DNA of 39,767 nucleotides from Alphaproteobacteria bacterium (GTDB lineage Bacteria; Pseudomonadota; Alphaproteobacteria; CAAGCB01; CAG-977): NCBI GenBank assembly GCA_051888155.1, contig JBJFAY010000185.1, positions 1 to 39,767 of the forward strand, read 5' to 3'. Shown piece by piece: positions 37,577 to 39,767 of this stretch (position 1 is its first letter; each line of letters starts with the position of its first letter). The notes under the pieces were generated by a model. It saw only the letters and a program-made list of their open reading frames with translations, ran no database searches and was not told where the DNA came from. The position numbers and the translations under genes were made by a program.

Positions 37577-38164
37577 ATGTCAAAAATTTCTCAGGCGGAT
37601 ATCGACGTTTTATTCAACGGGGCGCGGACTTTTTTTACGTGGACGGACGAAAAAGTTTCCGACGGCATTTTGAAACAGATCTATGATTTGGCAAAAATGG
37701 CGCCGACGGCCGCAAATTGTCAGCCTGCCAGAATAGTTTTTGTCGTTTCCGAAGAAGCCAAGAAAAAATTGGAACCGTGTCTGGACCCCGGCAATGTCAA
37801 AAAAACGATGACGGCGCCCGCTACGGCGATTATTGCCGGCGATACGGCGTTTTACACTTATTTTGACAAGCTGTATCCGATTTCCGACGTGCGCGCCCGG
37901 TATGAAGGAAAACCCGATCTGATTGAAGATACACTGTTGCGGAATACGGCTTTACAGGGAGCTTATCTGATTATGGCGGCGCGTGCTTTGGGACTGGACT
38001 GCGGCCCGATGAGCGGATTTAATAATAAAATGGTCGACGACGTTTTTTTCAAAGGAACAACTTATAAATCAAATTTCTTATGCAATCTCGGCTACGGATC
38101 GCGGGAAAAAATGTATCCGCGCCTGCCGCGGTTTGATTTCGACGAAGCCTGTAAAATTATATAA
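37577..38164 (+). CDS. rutE: Malonic semialdehyde reductase RutE-like nitroreductase
   Basis: LF..ART, APT.ANCQPAR.VFV, LQGAYLI.AARALGLDCGPMSGF, SNFLCNLGYG, RLPR.DF.EAC. Confidence 0.88.
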   Translation: MSKISQADIDVLFNGARTFFTWTDEKVSDGILKQIYDLAKMAPTAANCQPARIVFVVSEEAKKKLEPCLDPGNVKKTMTAPATAIIAGDTAFYTYFDKLYPISDVRARYEGKPDLIEDTLLRNTALQGAYLIMAARALGLDCGPMSGFNNKMVDDVFFKGTTYKSNFLCNLGYGSREKMYPRLPRFDFDEACKII

Positions 38165-38264
38165 CCGGCAGAGTTTCCCCGCATTTTTGTTATAAAAACA
38201 GACAGACAAAGCTTGAAAAACTTTGCGGCGTCGGTACACTATAAAAAAACAGATGTGGGGAAAT

Positions 38265-39464
38265 ATGTTTCAAAAAGCCTTTTTACAAATCAAAGAAAGA
38301 TTTTCCCTGCCCATGCTGATTTTGATCGCCGCAGGGGTGATGAATTTTTATTATGTGCTACGTTACGGCGCCAATGTGCCGCATCGCGCGGAATGGGATT
38401 ATTTGTTTGTCTTTCCGCCCGAAGGGTCTGTTCTTTACGCCGGCCGGACGGCGCGTCCCGTTTTGGCGAATGTCGTCGCTGATGTTTTTTATCTGCTGAA
38501 CGGGTGGAATATTACTTTTCATCTGGTTTTTAATTATTTTGTTTATGTCGCGGATATTGTCCTGCTGTACCGGCTGATTATTAAAGCGGCAGGAGAATAC
38601 CGTTTTCTGCCTTTGTTTTTTCTGCCGCTGTTTTCCGATTTAAACGCTTTGAATTTAATGCAGGCGACGGCTTTGCAGTTTCATTTCAGTATCTTGTTCG
38701 GGCTGATCGCCGCGGATATCGGATTCTGCTGGCCGCCGACATATCATAATTCTTTGAAATTTATTTTGTTTGCCGGTTTGTCCGTTTTATCTATGAATCT
38801 GGTCTTTATGCTGGGAATTCTGATCGGCTGGATTATCATGGAAGCGCAACGGAAAAATGTTGCCAGAATACTCGGCGTCTTTATCTTTATGTCGGTTATT
38901 TTCCAAATATGCTGCGGCGGTTTGTCCGTTTTCGCGGATAAACAAATTTTGCAGCCGGCCGTTATCTTGTTTTCCGCCGTTCTGACAGGACTGGATATGG
39001 CAACGTCGCTGCATATTGTTTTGATTCTGCCCGTCGCGGCGGCTTTGGGATATGCGTTTTACAAGCGCCGTCTGTGGAAAGACAACGGCGCTTTGATGCT
39101 GTTTTCAATTATTCTGGCGGCGTTTTTATCGGCTTTGAATGTTGAAAAAAATGCGCGGGCGGACATGTTTATTTATAACGGAGCGGGAATTGCTCTGTTC
39201 GCCGTTCCCGTCGTTTTTACTTTGCTGCGCTTGGTTAAGCCGGTCTTTATTTATCTTTGCGTTCTGAGTCTGGTCGGATACAGCGCTTCTTTTTCTCCGG
39301 CCTATTTCAAGACGGAAGCCGAAATCCGTCGTCAGACTTTGGAATGTGCTCTGAAATATTATGCCGGCGCCGGAAACGGCGTCTGCCCGACTGTTGATCA
39401 ATATCGTTCCGCCGCTTTTCTTGATGCGGCCGGAAAATTAAATTTGAACTTTACCCGCCGGTAG
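38265..39464 (+). CDS. Polytopic membrane protein, possibly GT-C-like surface glycan modifier
   Basis: Many hydrophobic segments and an N-terminal loop NVP...EW. Start uncertain; TTGAAA-16 bp-TACACT lies upstream. Confidence 0.6.
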   Translation: MFQKAFLQIKERFSLPMLILIAAGVMNFYYVLRYGANVPHRAEWDYLFVFPPEGSVLYAGRTARPVLANVVADVFYLLNGWNITFHLVFNYFVYVADIVLLYRLIIKAAGEYRFLPLFFLPLFSDLNALNLMQATALQFHFSILFGLIAADIGFCWPPTYHNSLKFILFAGLSVLSMNLVFMLGILIGWIIMEAQRKNVARILGVFIFMSVIFQICCGGLSVFADKQILQPAVILFSAVLTGLDMATSLHIVLILPVAAALGYAFYKRRLWKDNGALMLFSIILAAFLSALNVEKNARADMFIYNGAGIALFAVPVVFTLLRLVKPVFIYLCVLSLVGYSASFSPAYFKTEAEIRRQTLECALKYYAGAGNGVCPTVDQYRSAAFLDAAGKLNLNFTRR

Positions 39465-39467
39465 CGT

Positions 39468-39767
39468 TTATTTTATTGTTTTGCGTCCGGCGTTTCTTTC
39501 CTGTTGTTTTTGAACCAGCCACTTGTCCGATTTTTCCTGAGAATTATCAGCCCAGCGTTGGTCGAACAATTTCTGATGCTGAGAAACATACTGAGGTTCA
39601 TTAATGAAAATGTCGCAGACTTCTTCATTTTTATGAACGGCCGGTTCCGTCCAGTTAAAAGAGCCGCTGGATACGGATAAGCCGTCATAAATCGCAACTT
39701 TTGTATGCATAATTCGTTTGTGCGAATGTACGCGCAGAGGAATTTTTTCCGCGATCATGTCCCATAT
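39468..39767 (-). CDS. Phospholipase D-like (HKD) nuclease domain protein, 5'-truncated by the window edge
   Basis: MHTKVAIYD.....SGSFNWT..A...NEE; the frame is open to the window end. Confidence 0.85.
   Translation of the reverse strand: MWDMIAEKIPLRVHSHKRIMHTKVAIYDGLSVSSGSFNWTEPAVHKNEEVCDIFINEPQYVSQHQKLFDQRWADNSQEKSDKWLVQKQQERNAGRKTIK

Noticed and set aside
36242-38164. Divergent dpaL and rutE as a new catabolic pathway
   Set aside because: Both are common stand-alone genes; no transporter, regulator or other rut genes link them here.
1-39767. rRNA, tRNA, CRISPR arrays and IS elements
   Set aside because: None recognised by eye and intergenic gaps are short; tRNAscan and Infernal were not run, so small RNAs could be missed.

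Overview
Mostly housekeeping chromosome of an Alphaproteobacterium, inferred from ffh-rpsP-rimM-trmD-rplS, MucR/Ros, Hsp20-DUF1150 with an RpoH promoter and ROSE-like UTR, yejABEF and hisN. A gut-associated Rhodospirillales-like lineage is a guess only. No rRNA, tRNA, CRISPR array, integrase or IS was seen. The standout signal is a family of four paralogous ~190-220 aa HNH nuclease genes: three in tandem on the minus strand (21392-23293) and one on the plus strand (29510-30100). They resemble polymorphic-toxin nuclease tips but carry no N-terminal delivery domain, and all end in a hydrophobic-then-basic tail with a terminal Arg, reminiscent of VirB/D4 type IV secretion signals. Only the fourth copy is followed by an acidic SMI1/KNR4 (SUKH) immunity-like gene, which has its own promoter-like sequence. 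This looks like a candidate multi-toxin, single-antidote effector system. Other oddities: a frameshifted MBOAT gene with a slippery heptamer, an apparently inactive Hyi-like protein, a degenerate GH114-like protein, a transporter-HEAT plus cNMP-binding pair coupled to ftsY, an orphan FliN-like gene and a lipoprotein amidohydrolase. All family calls come from motif recognition by eye; no database searches were run.
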